NCBI GenBank assembly: GCA_039807095.1
Contig: JBDHQM010000004.1
Coordinates: 62,425-126,424, forward strand
Length of the DNA stretch: 64,000 bases
Direction: 5' to 3'
Source of the DNA: Kiritimatiellia bacterium
GTDB lineage: Bacteria; Verrucomicrobiota; Kiritimatiellia; CAIVKH01
How positions within the stretch are numbered: position 1 is the first letter of the stretch; every line of letters begins with the position of its first letter. The notes beneath the pieces were generated by a model. It searched no databases and was not told where the DNA came from. It saw only the letters and a list, made by a program, of their open reading frames with translations. This document shows positions 17,640-27,104 of this stretch, one piece after another. Made by a program: the position numbers and the translations under genes.

Positions 17640-19097
17640 TTATTTCTGTTTTGCGTAATACTCTTCTTCAAGCTCCGGCGCGCGCACCGGATTGTCCAAC
17701 CCCGATCCATACGGCTGCTTCATCCCATAGCGCGTCTTCTGAATCGGTCCGATCGCCGTCTCGCCCGTGAGCCACTTGTGAATCCCGCGCGCGGCTTTCC
17801 GCGCCTCGCCCACGGCGTTCACCACTTCGCGACCGCCATTGGCACAATCGCCAGCAGTGAAGACGTGCTTGAGGTTCGTCTGTCCCGTGACTTCGTTGCG
17901 CGCGACGGTCCCGTCCTTGTTGAGCTTCAACTTCGGAAAGAGGCGCTTCAACAGGTCGCTGCGCGGCGCCTGGGTCAACGCCTTGATCACCATGCCGAAC
18001 GGCTCGAAGAATTCAGACCCGGGAATGATCTCCGCCTTGCCCTGATCGTTCACCTTCGTGCGCACAAGCTTGAGCCCTTCAACATGCCCATTCTTTTCAA
18101 CGACTTCGACGGGGAGCACGTTGAACATGAATTCGGCGCCGTCCACTTTCGCGCTGTCGTATTCGTGCGGATAGGCGGGCATATCCTGCTCGCGCCGACG
18201 ATACACAATGATCGCTTCTTCCGCGCCGAGTCGCTTGGCCTGCGCTACCGCGTCAATCGCGGTATTGCCGCAACCGACAACCGCCACGCGCTTCGCCAGC
18301 TTCACCTTGTGCAGCGGCTCAACGTGCAGCTCGCGAATGAAATCCAACGCCTCGACGACTTCCGGCAAATCCTCGCCCGGAATGTTCAGCCGCAAGGCAT
18401 TGCTGCTGAGACCCACACCGATGAAGATGGCATCGAACTTTTTCTCAATGTCGGCGATCTTGACGGTTTTGCCCACTTCCACGCCGGTGCGAATCTTCAC
18501 GCCGAGTTTTTTGATCATCTCGACTTCCGCAATGCTGACGTCCGGGCGCATTTTGTAGTACGCGATGCCGTACGTGTTGAGGCCGCCCGCTTCTTTGTCT
18601 TTTTCAAAGATCGTCACGTCGTAGCCGAGCTGAGCCAGCTCTGCCGCGCAACCTAGCCCGGCAGGTCCGCCGCCAATCACGGCGACCGACTTGCCGTTCT
18701 TCTTTTTCGGCGCGTGCAACACCTGAATGTCGTTCTCAAAAACGTGGTCCGTCGCATAGCGCTGGAGCCGTCCGATCTGCAGCGGCTTCTCATCGCGATC
18801 CAACATCACGCACGCGCCTTCGCAGAGCACTTCCACGGGGCACACGCGCGCACACGATGCGCCAAGCGGGTTCGATTCGAGAATCACGCGCGCGGACGAG
18901 GTGAGGTTCTTTTCCGCAATCTTCTTGATGAAGCTCGGAATATCAATGCCCGTCGGACACGCGGCAATACACGGAGCATCGAAGCAGTAAAGACAACGCT
19001 CCGCTTCGACAAGCGCCTCCTGCGGCCGGAACTTCGGCTTCTTTTCATCCATGTTCACCGCGGCCTGCTTCGCTGTAAGAAATGATTTCAACGGCAT
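17640..19097 (-). CDS. preT: Dihydropyrimidine dehydrogenase subunit PreT (glutamate-synthase small-subunit-like FAD/NAD(P) oxidoreductase)
   Basis: N-terminal Fe-S cluster cysteines (CLYCFDAPCIAACP), GltD-like Rossmann motifs (VAVIGGGPAGL, VAVVGCGNTAID). Immediately 5' of preA. Confidence 0.85.
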   Translation of the reverse strand: MPLKSFLTAKQAAVNMDEKKPKFRPQEALVEAERCLYCFDAPCIAACPTGIDIPSFIKKIAEKNLTSSARVILESNPLGASCARVCPVEVLCEGACVMLDRDEKPLQIGRLQRYATDHVFENDIQVLHAPKKKNGKSVAVIGGGPAGLGCAAELAQLGYDVTIFEKDKEAGGLNTYGIAYYKMRPDVSIAEVEMIKKLGVKIRTGVEVGKTVKIADIEKKFDAIFIGVGLSSNALRLNIPGEDLPEVVEALDFIRELHVEPLHKVKLAKRVAVVGCGNTAIDAVAQAKRLGAEEAIIVYRRREQDMPAYPHEYDSAKVDGAEFMFNVLPVEVVEKNGHVEGLKLVRTKVNDQGKAEIIPGSEFFEPFGMVIKALTQAPRSDLLKRLFPKLKLNKDGTVARNEVTGQTNLKHVFTAGDCANGGREVVNAVGEARKAARGIHKWLTGETAIGPIQKTRYGMKQPYGSGLDNPVRAPELEEEYYAKQK

Positions 19098-19189
19098 GAT
19101 GTCACCCTAGGTTTGCTGAGGAAGTGGAGTGGACGTGTACCGGTTGGCGGCCGGATCGAGAGTGTGAGTTTCTATTCATCGCGTTCTCC

Positions 19190-20287
19190 TCATTTATACT
19201 CAGTAAAAGTCAATCCGTGCGCATCCGCCACGGCTTTATAGGTCAGATGCCCTGCGTGGGTGTTCAGCCCCGGACGCAACTCCGCCACCTGCTGCAACGC
19301 CTTTTCCAAACCGAGATTTGCCAGTTTGAGCGCATACGGCAGCGTCGCGTTCGTCAACGCCTGTGTCGCCGTCCGGCAATACGCGCCGGGCATGTTCGCC
19401 ACGCAGTAGTGCAGAATATCCTCTTCGAAGAAGATCGGGTTTTCGTGCGTCGTCGCGCGCGATGTTTCAAAGCAGCCGCCCTGATCAATCGCGATATCCA
19501 CAAGCACGGAACTCTTCTTCATCAACTTAAGCATGTCGCGGCGAAGCAGCTTCGGAGCCTTGGCGCCGGGCACCAGCACTGCGCCAATCAAGAGGTCCGT
19601 GTCCGGCAGCAGCTCCAGCAGGTTGTGCTCATTCGATTGCACCATGCGCACGGAGCCACCGAGCGTCAGATCAAGGAACCGCATCCGTTCAATGTCGAGT
19701 TCCAGAATCGTTACCGTCGCGCCCAGGCCAACCGCCATGCGCGCGGCATTCACGCCCGATGCGCCGCCGCCGAGAATCACTACATTCCCCGGCATCACGC
19801 CCGGCACGCCACCCAGCAACACGCCGGATCCGCCCTGCGCCTTGCTCAGATAGAATGCGCCGACAATGGTGCTCATCCGCCCTGCGATCTCGCTCATGGG
19901 CTCGAGAAGCGGAAGGCGACGCCCCACCTGCACGGTTTCATACGCGACGGAATCCGTCTTGGACGCCATTAGACGCTCCGTGAGCTTTCGATCCGCCGCG
20001 AGATGCAGATAGGTGAACAGCAGCAAGCCGGGCCGGAGGAATTGATACTCCGGCTCGATCGGTTCCTTCACCTTGAGCACCATATCGCCCGACCACGCAT
20101 CCGCCGCCGTCGGCACAATCGTCGCGCCCGCATCGCGATACTGCTCATCGCTGAATCCGCTGCCCACGCCAGCGCTCTGCTGCACCAGCACGGTGTGCCC
20201 CGCAGAGACCAGCGCGCGCACCACGGCGGGAGTCCCCGCGACGCGGTTTTCTTTAACCTTAATTTCCTTCGGAATGCCGACTTTCAT
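19190..20287 (-). CDS. ald: Alanine dehydrogenase
   Basis: [26 protein letters not shown]... matches AlaDH/PNT N- and C-domains; Rossmann [10 protein letters not shown]. Confidence 0.85.
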   Translation of the reverse strand: MKVGIPKEIKVKENRVAGTPAVVRALVSAGHTVLVQQSAGVGSGFSDEQYRDAGATIVPTAADAWSGDMVLKVKEPIEPEYQFLRPGLLLFTYLHLAADRKLTERLMASKTDSVAYETVQVGRRLPLLEPMSEIAGRMSTIVGAFYLSKAQGGSGVLLGGVPGVMPGNVVILGGGASGVNAARMAVGLGATVTILELDIERMRFLDLTLGGSVRMVQSNEHNLLELLPDTDLLIGAVLVPGAKAPKLLRRDMLKLMKKSSVLVDIAIDQGGCFETSRATTHENPIFFEEDILHYCVANMPGAYCRTATQALTNATLPYALKLANLGLEKALQQVAELRPGLNTHAGHLTYKAVADAHGLTFTEYK

Positions 20288-20320
20288 AAAAGGCTCCGCT
20301 CCGTTTGGTTTCGAGTTGCC

Positions 20321-21670
20321 TCAAATCTCCGAAATGGCGATGTCCAGCACCTCGAGCAGGAAGTCAATGTCCGCCTCCGTCACACACATCGGCGGCGTGA
20401 TGCGGATGATGTTGCCGTGCAAGCCGCCCTTGCCAATCAATGCGCCCAACTCGCGCGCGCGCTCGAAAACCTGCGTGCAGGCCGCCTTGTTCGGCTCCTT
20501 CGTCGCGCGATCCGTCACGAACTCAAGCGCAACCAGCAGACCCGCGCCGCGCACCTCGCCGAGCACCTGATACTTCTGATGCAGCTTCTGGAGGCCCGCG
20601 AGGAAGCGATCGCCCAACACGCGGCTCCGCTCCATCATATTCTCGTTATCAATCACCTCGAGCACCGCCTTGCCGATCGCGCACGAGACCGGATTACCGC
20701 CGTAGGTGTTGAAGTGAATGCGCTGCGTGAGCGACTTGGCTATCTCCGGCGTCGTGACGACCGCCGCGAGCGGAGCGCCGTTGCCGATGCTCTTCGCCAT
20801 CGTCACAATGTCGGGAATGACCCCTTGCGACTCGAAGCCCCAGTAGTGGCGACCCGTGCGACCGAACCCGGCCTGCACCTCGTCGGCGATGCACACGCCG
20901 CCGTGCTCGCGCACCACGCGATAGGCTTCCTTCAGGTATCCATCGGGGAATACCACCACACCCCCGACGCCCTGGATCGACTCGGCGAAGAAGCCGGCGA
21001 TCTTTCCGGGCGTCGCGTTAATTATTAGATCCTTCACATCTGCCGCGTATTTCTTGCCCGCGTCCGGATCGTTGTGGCCCCACGGCCCGCGATACGGATA
21101 CGGCGCAATCGCGTGATGCACGCCGAACGAGTGCGGCACATTGAACTTCCACGTGCTGTGCGCCGTGAGCCCCATCACCGACGCCACGCCGCCGTGATAG
21201 CAGTTGCGCAGCGCGACGAGGTCATAGTTGCCGGTGTGAATGCGTGCCATCAGGATCGCGAGGTCATTCGCCTCGGAACCGGAGTTCACAAAATAAACGC
21301 ACTTCAAATTGCCCGGCATCTTCGAGGTCAGCTTCTCCGCATACTCGCAGATCGCACTGTTCAGATAGATCGTCGTCGTGTGCGAAATCTTGTTGATCTG
21401 ATCAATCGCCGCCTTGTTCACGTGCGGATGGCAGTGCCCCACCCCCACCGTTACAATGCCGCCGAACGCATCGAGATAGCGGCGGCCGGTGTCGTCATAG
21501 ACATACTGCATCTTGCCTTCGACGATCATCAGCGGCTTGTTGTAGTACAGAAACAGCGCCGGATTCAGATACTGCTTTCGCAGCGCCAGCGTCTTCTCAT
21601 ACGACAGCCCGGTGTACGGCGCAGGGGTGTGCGAAAACGCGGGCAAAACAGGTGCTTTCTTCGAACTCAT
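20321..21670 (-). CDS. Class-III (omega) aminotransferase, AGXT2-like beta-alanine/beta-aminoisobutyrate:pyruvate transaminase
   Basis: PLP fold type I class III; AGXT2-like signature [14 protein letters not shown]; the PLP-lysine region is conserved. Confidence 0.8.
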   Translation of the reverse strand: MSSKKAPVLPAFSHTPAPYTGLSYEKTLALRKQYLNPALFLYYNKPLMIVEGKMQYVYDDTGRRYLDAFGGIVTVGVGHCHPHVNKAAIDQINKISHTTTIYLNSAICEYAEKLTSKMPGNLKCVYFVNSGSEANDLAILMARIHTGNYDLVALRNCYHGGVASVMGLTAHSTWKFNVPHSFGVHHAIAPYPYRGPWGHNDPDAGKKYAADVKDLIINATPGKIAGFFAESIQGVGGVVVFPDGYLKEAYRVVREHGGVCIADEVQAGFGRTGRHYWGFESQGVIPDIVTMAKSIGNGAPLAAVVTTPEIAKSLTQRIHFNTYGGNPVSCAIGKAVLEVIDNENMMERSRVLGDRFLAGLQKLHQKYQVLGEVRGAGLLVALEFVTDRATKEPNKAACTQVFERARELGALIGKGGLHGNIIRITPPMCVTEADIDFLLEVLDIAISEI

Positions 21671-21738
21671 CTTCTTACTCCTCTACAACGCGCGGGTGTG
21701 TTTGACGAATATGCCGCACACTCTGTGCTCATGATTCG

Positions 21739-23235
21739 CTACCGCCCTCCCGCATTCACAACCTGGGGCCGGTATCCCTTCATCAGGAAATAGTACAACG
21801 CGAACGCAATGAAAAATCCGACGAACCACGCGTAGTGGTAAACACCCGTCCAGAATTCGGCAGCCGGAACCGCCACCCCCAGTGTCACGAGAAAGCCCGG
21901 CACGTTCGGCGCAATCGCCAGCACCAGCGCCACGAGCGCGCGGATGTTATAGCCGTTGGCGTAGGAGTACTCGCCGCGCGGATCATACAGCGCGCGCAGA
22001 TTCATCGTCCGCTTGCGAATCGCAAAATAGTCGCAGATCAAAATGCCGCCAATCGGCCCGAGGAGCGAAGAGTAGCCCAGCAACCACGTGAAGATGTAAC
22101 CACTCGGATCCGCCGCCAGTTTCCACGGCATCATCAAAATGCCGATGATCCCCGTAATCACGCCGCCTGCGCGCATGCTGATCGCGCGCGGAAGAAAGTT
22201 CGAGAACGCGGTCGCGGGCGCAACCACGTTCGCCGCCAGGTTCGTCGTCAGCGTTGCCAGCGACAACGCAAACATCGAGAACAGGATGATCCAGAAACTG
22301 TCGAAACGCGAAAGCAGTTCGACCGGATCCCAAATCGCCTCGCCGAAAATCACCGCCACGCCGATAAAGGCATAGAACGGCATCGTTGTGTTCAACCCGA
22401 GGAACTGCCCCCACAACTGCGCGCGCTGACTCTTCGCCTCGCGCGTGAAGTCGGGAATGTTCAGCGACAGCGTCGCCCAGAACGCCACCATCGAGGTCAA
22501 CCCCGGAATGAAAATCTTCCAGAACTCCGCCGTCGTTTTGTATTTCCCCGGCTGCGACAACATCGGCCCGAATCCATCTGCTTTGTTATACGCCCAGATG
22601 AGGAACATCAGCCCGATCCCAATCAACAGCGGCGCGCCCCAGTTCTCAATGAAGCGGATGGACTCCATCCCCCGCCAGAAAATCGCGATATTGATGAACC
22701 AGAAAACCAGGAAGGACAAAAACTGCGCCGTGTTAACCTGAATGTGCTCGTTACTGATGAACCCCCACACGGCAGTGTTCGCCAGTTCCGGCCACTTCAA
22801 TAACAGCAGCTTGTATATCGCCTCTCCGCCAATCCACGACTGGATGCCGAACCAGCCGCACGCCACAATACCGCGCAACACCGACGCGATATGTGTTCCC
22901 GCAGTTCCAAACGGCGCGCGCGCAAACACCGGGAATGTGATGCCATATTTGCAGCCCGCATGCCCGTTCAGCACAATCGGGATTAACACGATCAGATTGC
23001 CGAGCGAGACCGTCAGAATCGCCTGCCACCAGTTCATCCCCGCATGGATCAACCCGCTCGCGAGCATATACGTCGGAATGCACACCGACATGCCCACCCA
23101 GAGATTCGCGATATCTTTTGTGCCCCAGCGGCGCTTGCTAGATGGAATCGGCGCCAGATCGCCGTTGTAGAGGGGACTCGCTTCAACATACGCCAAATCT
23201 TGAGGATTCAGATCGGATTGAAGCGGGTCGGCCAT
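21739..23235 (-). CDS. NCS1-family nucleobase:cation symporter (cytosine/uracil/hydantoin permease type)
   Basis: 12-TM NCS1 signature (IPSSKRRWGTKDIANLWVGMSVCIPTYMLASGL). Start taken at MADPLQ (23235), an internal ATG of the track ORF. Confidence 0.8.
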   Translation of the reverse strand: MADPLQSDLNPQDLAYVEASPLYNGDLAPIPSSKRRWGTKDIANLWVGMSVCIPTYMLASGLIHAGMNWWQAILTVSLGNLIVLIPIVLNGHAGCKYGITFPVFARAPFGTAGTHIASVLRGIVACGWFGIQSWIGGEAIYKLLLLKWPELANTAVWGFISNEHIQVNTAQFLSFLVFWFINIAIFWRGMESIRFIENWGAPLLIGIGLMFLIWAYNKADGFGPMLSQPGKYKTTAEFWKIFIPGLTSMVAFWATLSLNIPDFTREAKSQRAQLWGQFLGLNTTMPFYAFIGVAVIFGEAIWDPVELLSRFDSFWIILFSMFALSLATLTTNLAANVVAPATAFSNFLPRAISMRAGGVITGIIGILMMPWKLAADPSGYIFTWLLGYSSLLGPIGGILICDYFAIRKRTMNLRALYDPRGEYSYANGYNIRALVALVLAIAPNVPGFLVTLGVAVPAAEFWTGVYHYAWFVGFFIAFALYYFLMKGYRPQVVNAGGR

Positions 23236-23430
23236 ATTCCTATCCCCGATATGAATCCCGGCGCCGCATCGCGCACTTCGCACGCGAGCAACACTTCTGA
23301 CGGCTCTCTCGACGCATTGTCACCTGATAAGTTTGCGCGCCAACGAAACAACCGTCAACACAAAAGGTAGGGGAAAACCTGATGCACAATTAATTGCCGA
23401 CCCATTCAGTCCGAAACGCAAAACAGAGGC

Positions 23431-23520
23431 GGGCTTGTCCGCCGGAGGCCCTGCGTAGGCGGGCTTGTCCGCCGGAGGCCCTGCGTAGGCGGGCTTGTCC
23501 GCCGGAGGCCCTGCGTAGGC
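23431..23520. repeat. Perfect tandem direct repeat, 3 x 30 bp (gggcttgtccgccggaggccctgcgtaggc)
   Basis: Three identical head-to-tail copies read directly from the sequence, with a diverged partial fourth copy following. Lies in the intergenic leader upstream of the NCS1/pyrimidine operon. Confidence 0.9.
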
Positions 23521-23567
23521 GGACCACTCTGCTGGCGGAATTATGAACCAAACAATCTCCGGGGAGC

Positions 23568-23613
23568 GCACGCGCCCTCGCGTGCTTCGGTGCGCGCCCC
23601 CGCGCACCGAAGC
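23568..23613 (-). promoter_or_regulatory. Two adjacent GC-rich hairpins in the operon leader / methyltransferase 3' region
   Basis: Hairpin 1 gcacgcg-ccct-cgcgtgc (23568-23585). Hairpin 2 is a perfect 13-bp stem gcttcggtgcgcg-cccc-cgcgcaccgaagc (23584-23613). No U-tract on either strand, so not a classic intrinsic terminator. Confidence 0.35.
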
Positions 23614-23684
23614 GGGCAACATAGGGGCTACATTCTAACGGCCGCAATTCTATGCAAAGCGTTCTGACGATCCAGCGACCGGGT

Positions 23685-24452
23685 TTACTTTCGCCGCCAT
23701 GCAGTGCCTTCGGCAATGACGAGCTCGAACTTGCGCGCGTGTTCGCGGATCAAGAACGGGATGTCCTCCCGCTTTTCCAGCGTGAAGCCGGAATCGAGAA
23801 TCTCGTGCAAGCCTTTGAGGGTAGACACGGGACCTTCCTCGCCTTCGTATCCACCGATCCAATTTTCGCGCGGCGTATAAATCTGCCGCCACGTGCTCGG
23901 CGTCGTCAGCACGAGTGTGCCACCGGGCTTCACCAGTTCAAAAGCCCGCTCGAGAAAGCGCCGGGGCTCCATCATTCGGCAGATGAGATTCGCAGCGAAC
24001 ACCACATCGAACACGCCGATATCCGCGCGCAGTTCTGCCGCGTTTCCAACCTCAAAGGAAACGCGGGTAACGTCCACATCCTTCGGCGCCCACGCGGCAA
24101 ACGGCTGACGCAATTCGCCCTGAATCGGAAGCGCGTAGAGAAGCGTCTCTCGCGCGCGCAGGCGTTGCGCGGCATCAATAAAGATCGTCGCGCGATCAAT
24201 CCCGATCACTTCGTCGCAACGACGCGCCAACTCAAATGTGGATCGCCCTACGGAACAGCCGACGTCCAACGCGCGCGCGCCGCAATCGGGTACATCGCCA
24301 ACCAACTCGTTGACGCAGCGTTCGGAAAAGTTCAACACCATGCATCCGCCGAAGCCGTTCAACAGATGCAGCTCCTCCTCGGCCGCATAATGGAGCCAGA
24401 GATACTGCGCCAACGCATCGGAAGTTTCGTAGTATGACGCAGATTTCTGCAC
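23685..24452 (-). CDS. Class I SAM-dependent methyltransferase
   Basis: Motif I VLDVGCSVGRSTFELA; Rossmann MTase fold spacing. Substrate unknown. Confidence 0.7.
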   Translation of the reverse strand: MQKSASYYETSDALAQYLWLHYAAEEELHLLNGFGGCMVLNFSERCVNELVGDVPDCGARALDVGCSVGRSTFELARRCDEVIGIDRATIFIDAAQRLRARETLLYALPIQGELRQPFAAWAPKDVDVTRVSFEVGNAAELRADIGVFDVVFAANLICRMMEPRRFLERAFELVKPGGTLVLTTPSTWRQIYTPRENWIGGYEGEEGPVSTLKGLHEILDSGFTLEKREDIPFLIREHARKFELVIAEGTAWRRK

Positions 24453-24458
24453 TACCCG

Positions 24459-25604
24459 TTATCCTTGAACCGCGCGCAAGAGGCCGAGTGAATACTCGCT
24501 GGGCATATAGTCTTTCGCGACGACGATCGTTTTGCCGTGTCGGTGCAGACGGATCTCGCAATTCGTCACCTCCGGCGTCTTGTGCGGCGCGAAGAGAATG
24601 TCATCGTGCGTGGCGTGGCTGGCATCGGCGAACTTGTCGGGCGTCAGCCCGCCGCCGAGGTGATCGCTCCGCCCCGTGGCGATATGAAACGTGCCCAACA
24701 CCTTCTCGTCCTGAATATCGCGACCGGACACCGGCAACACTTGGGTTCCCAGGCCGAGTTCGCCGATTTCGCCCGTCGCGGGATCGGCCTTAATCTTTGC
24801 CAGATGATGCTTCACCGTTTCTTCGTTTCCACTAATCAACACCGCATCCACAACCCGTCCGCCCTTCACCGTCATGAGGGCGAGCGTTCCGTCTTCTTCA
24901 TATTTAAGAGGGAACTGACCTTCCGCACCCGTCGGAACCCAGTACACCTCGCCGGCAGGCAGGTTCGCTACATCCGGCGTCGTGCCGCGACAAAGACCGT
25001 GGCTCTTCTGAGCCTCCTGCCCGCCCAACAGCAGTTTTAATGTATACGTTTTACCCGCAACCGTAAAGTCGAGCTCTGCCCAGTCTGCGCCCGTCATGCC
25101 CGCGCGCAAGGCCTCCGCATCGCGGCTCACTTCGTTGTAGTCCACTGCTAGGCCGGTTCGCAGAATGATGTCGTTCATTCCGTGCATCGTCGCGCCACGG
25201 AATCCGTACTTCTTCGCAAACGCCGTCAGCGGCGCCGTCGCCGAATACGTCGTGATAGCGAGAATCAAGTCGTACTTCGCATACACATCGCGATCGAGGC
25301 TGATCGCTTTGCCCGCCGCGTCATACGCGAGGTCCGGCAGATCGAGATTGCTCCCGCCGGTGATCTTGTAGGCGTACATCTCGCCGCCCTTGAGATTCAA
25401 AATGCCCGCTTGAAGTCCTTTGTAAATCACTTCGTAGGCGTGGCGCTGAATCGTGTAATTCGCGTTCGCGAGGAAGCGGTAGTCCTGCATATCTTTCGGA
25501 TCTTCCAAATCAATCAAAACCGCAACGCGTTCGCCTCCGGCGGGCTCGAAAACAGTCTTCAACAAACGGGCGAGGTCGAACGGCGGGAATTTTCGGTCAG
25601 TCAT
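24459..25604 (-). CDS. Hypothetical protein, possibly M29 (aminopeptidase T/S)-like metallohydrolase
   Basis: ~381 aa from MTDRKFPPFDLARLL (the track ORF extends to 26069 but overlaps the MATE gene). An ordered set of potential metal ligands (GEIGELGLG ... FHIATGRSDH ... HATHDDILF) resembles M29 family spacing. Assignment is tentative. Confidence 0.4.
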   Translation of the reverse strand: MTDRKFPPFDLARLLKTVFEPAGGERVAVLIDLEDPKDMQDYRFLANANYTIQRHAYEVIYKGLQAGILNLKGGEMYAYKITGGSNLDLPDLAYDAAGKAISLDRDVYAKYDLILAITTYSATAPLTAFAKKYGFRGATMHGMNDIILRTGLAVDYNEVSRDAEALRAGMTGADWAELDFTVAGKTYTLKLLLGGQEAQKSHGLCRGTTPDVANLPAGEVYWVPTGAEGQFPLKYEEDGTLALMTVKGGRVVDAVLISGNEETVKHHLAKIKADPATGEIGELGLGTQVLPVSGRDIQDEKVLGTFHIATGRSDHLGGGLTPDKFADASHATHDDILFAPHKTPEVTNCEIRLHRHGKTIVVAKDYMPSEYSLGLLRAVQG

Positions 25605-25675
25605 TTCTGCACTCCTTCTGATTCCATTTTGTACGCAGGGCGAGCGATGACCTTGCAAAAAACTATTCCGAAATT

Positions 25676-27016
25676 TTAAGACGCGTCCAATTTGCGCAGC
25701 GCGCGACGCCCCCACCCGAGCGTGAAGAGCGCCGCCGACCACGTCACCAGCCCGATGCCGATCCATAATCCCATCGGCCCGAAGTGCGCCGTCAGCAGTG
25801 GATACAGCGCCAGCGGCGCCGCAATCTGGCGATACAGCCCGATCCACAACGCGTACATCGGCTGCTGGATCGCCTGCAACAGCGAGGTGGTGATGAACAG
25901 AAACACGTATGCGTACAACACAAACACCGTCACGTGTAAATACCCCACCGCAATCCCGACAACCTGCGGATCGCTCGCGAACAAACCGACCGCCGGCCGC
26001 GCAAACGCAAACATCAGCGCCCCGCCAATCAGCATCACCACCAGCCCTTCGCGCAATCCCGCGCGCCACACGTCTCGCACGCGATCCACGCGGCCCGCGC
26101 CCAGACTCTGGCCCGCAATCGCAAGCGTGGCAGATGTCAATCCCAGCACCGGCAGCAGCACGACCTGCTCAATTCGCGTCGCCACGCCATACGCCGCAAC
26201 AGCAGCATCGCCAAAACGACTCGCAAAATACGTGATCGTGAAAATACCGACGCCAATGGTGACGTGATTCAGCGCCGCAGGCGCGCCTTGCCCAAAGATG
26301 CGCCGGAACGGCTCCGCGCGCGGGCGCAGCAATCCCCACGTCTCCACTGTGAACAATCCCGCGCGGCGCGCGCGCAGGATCATGTAGCACACCCCGCCCG
26401 CCTGAATCATGATTGTCGAAAGCGCCACGCCCGCCAACCCCATCGCCGGCACGCCGAACCCGCCGAACATGAACCACGGATCCAACCCCGCATTGAGCAG
26501 CGCGCCCACCGCCAGCATATTCCGCAGCGTGTGCGTATCTCCGCGCGCCACCAACCCCGCATTGACCGCATAACTGCCGACGAAAAATATCGTTCCGATG
26601 AAAATGATCCGGACGTACTGAATCGCGCTCTCCAGATACTCGCCGCTCGCGCCGAGCAACACAAACAGCGGACGCATGAACACCAGCCCCAACACCATCA
26701 GGAGCAGTCCGGCAATGATGCCGAACGAAAGCGACTGTGCGGCGAGCAATCGCGCGCGCGGCAGATCGCCGCGTCCCAGCGCGTAGGCAATCAGCGCCGT
26801 CGTCCCCGCGCTCAATCCCGCGCCGATCGCGATGATGCTGAAGAAGACCGGAAACGACGCGGAGAGCCCCGCAAGCGCGGCGGTGGACAGTTTGCCCGCG
26901 AAAAACGTGTCCGTCAGATTATAGAGTGTATTGCAAAAAATCCCGATCGCAGCGGGCATCGCCAACTGCCGCAGCAGCGGACGCACCGGTCCCGTTGTGA
27001 GATCATACGTCTGCAT
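25676..27016 (-). CDS. MATE-family multidrug/toxin efflux transporter
   Basis: 12-TM protein with a MATE (NorM/DinF) N-terminal signature (GPVRPLLRQLAMPAAIGIFCNTLYNLTDTFFAGKL). Confidence 0.85.
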   Translation of the reverse strand: MQTYDLTTGPVRPLLRQLAMPAAIGIFCNTLYNLTDTFFAGKLSTAALAGLSASFPVFFSIIAIGAGLSAGTTALIAYALGRGDLPRARLLAAQSLSFGIIAGLLLMVLGLVFMRPLFVLLGASGEYLESAIQYVRIIFIGTIFFVGSYAVNAGLVARGDTHTLRNMLAVGALLNAGLDPWFMFGGFGVPAMGLAGVALSTIMIQAGGVCYMILRARRAGLFTVETWGLLRPRAEPFRRIFGQGAPAALNHVTIGVGIFTITYFASRFGDAAVAAYGVATRIEQVVLLPVLGLTSATLAIAGQSLGAGRVDRVRDVWRAGLREGLVVMLIGGALMFAFARPAVGLFASDPQVVGIAVGYLHVTVFVLYAYVFLFITTSLLQAIQQPMYALWIGLYRQIAAPLALYPLLTAHFGPMGLWIGIGLVTWSAALFTLGWGRRALRKLDAS

Positions 27017-27104
27017 CTGGAGTCCGTCCGGCGCCGCGCGCCGGTCCTATAGAGACGAAAACGCGCGGGCGATCGTTCAATCGCCCGCGCGCTCGAAGCA
27101 ACCG

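Noticed and set aside
23383-23404. Sigma-54-like promoter (minus strand: tcGGcaattaattgtGCatc) upstream of the NCS1 gene
   Set aside because: GG-to-GC spacing is 13 nt instead of the obligatory 12, and -12 reads TGTGCA rather than TTGCA. Probably not functional.
23431-23520. Possible CRISPR array
   Set aside because: Units are contiguous identical 30-mers with no intervening unique spacers. There are only three copies and no cas genes nearby.
23320-23716. Minus-strand ORFs 23320..23622 and 23390..23716 encoding PAYAGPPADK / RLRRASGGQA repeats
   Set aside because: Reading-frame artefacts of the perfect 3x30-bp tandem DNA repeat; intergenic position.
25638-25660. Sigma-54-like promoter (minus strand: tcGGaatagttttttGCaagg) upstream of the M29-like gene
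   Set aside because: Same one-nucleotide spacing defect, and the -24 box is poor (CGGAAT vs TGGCAC).
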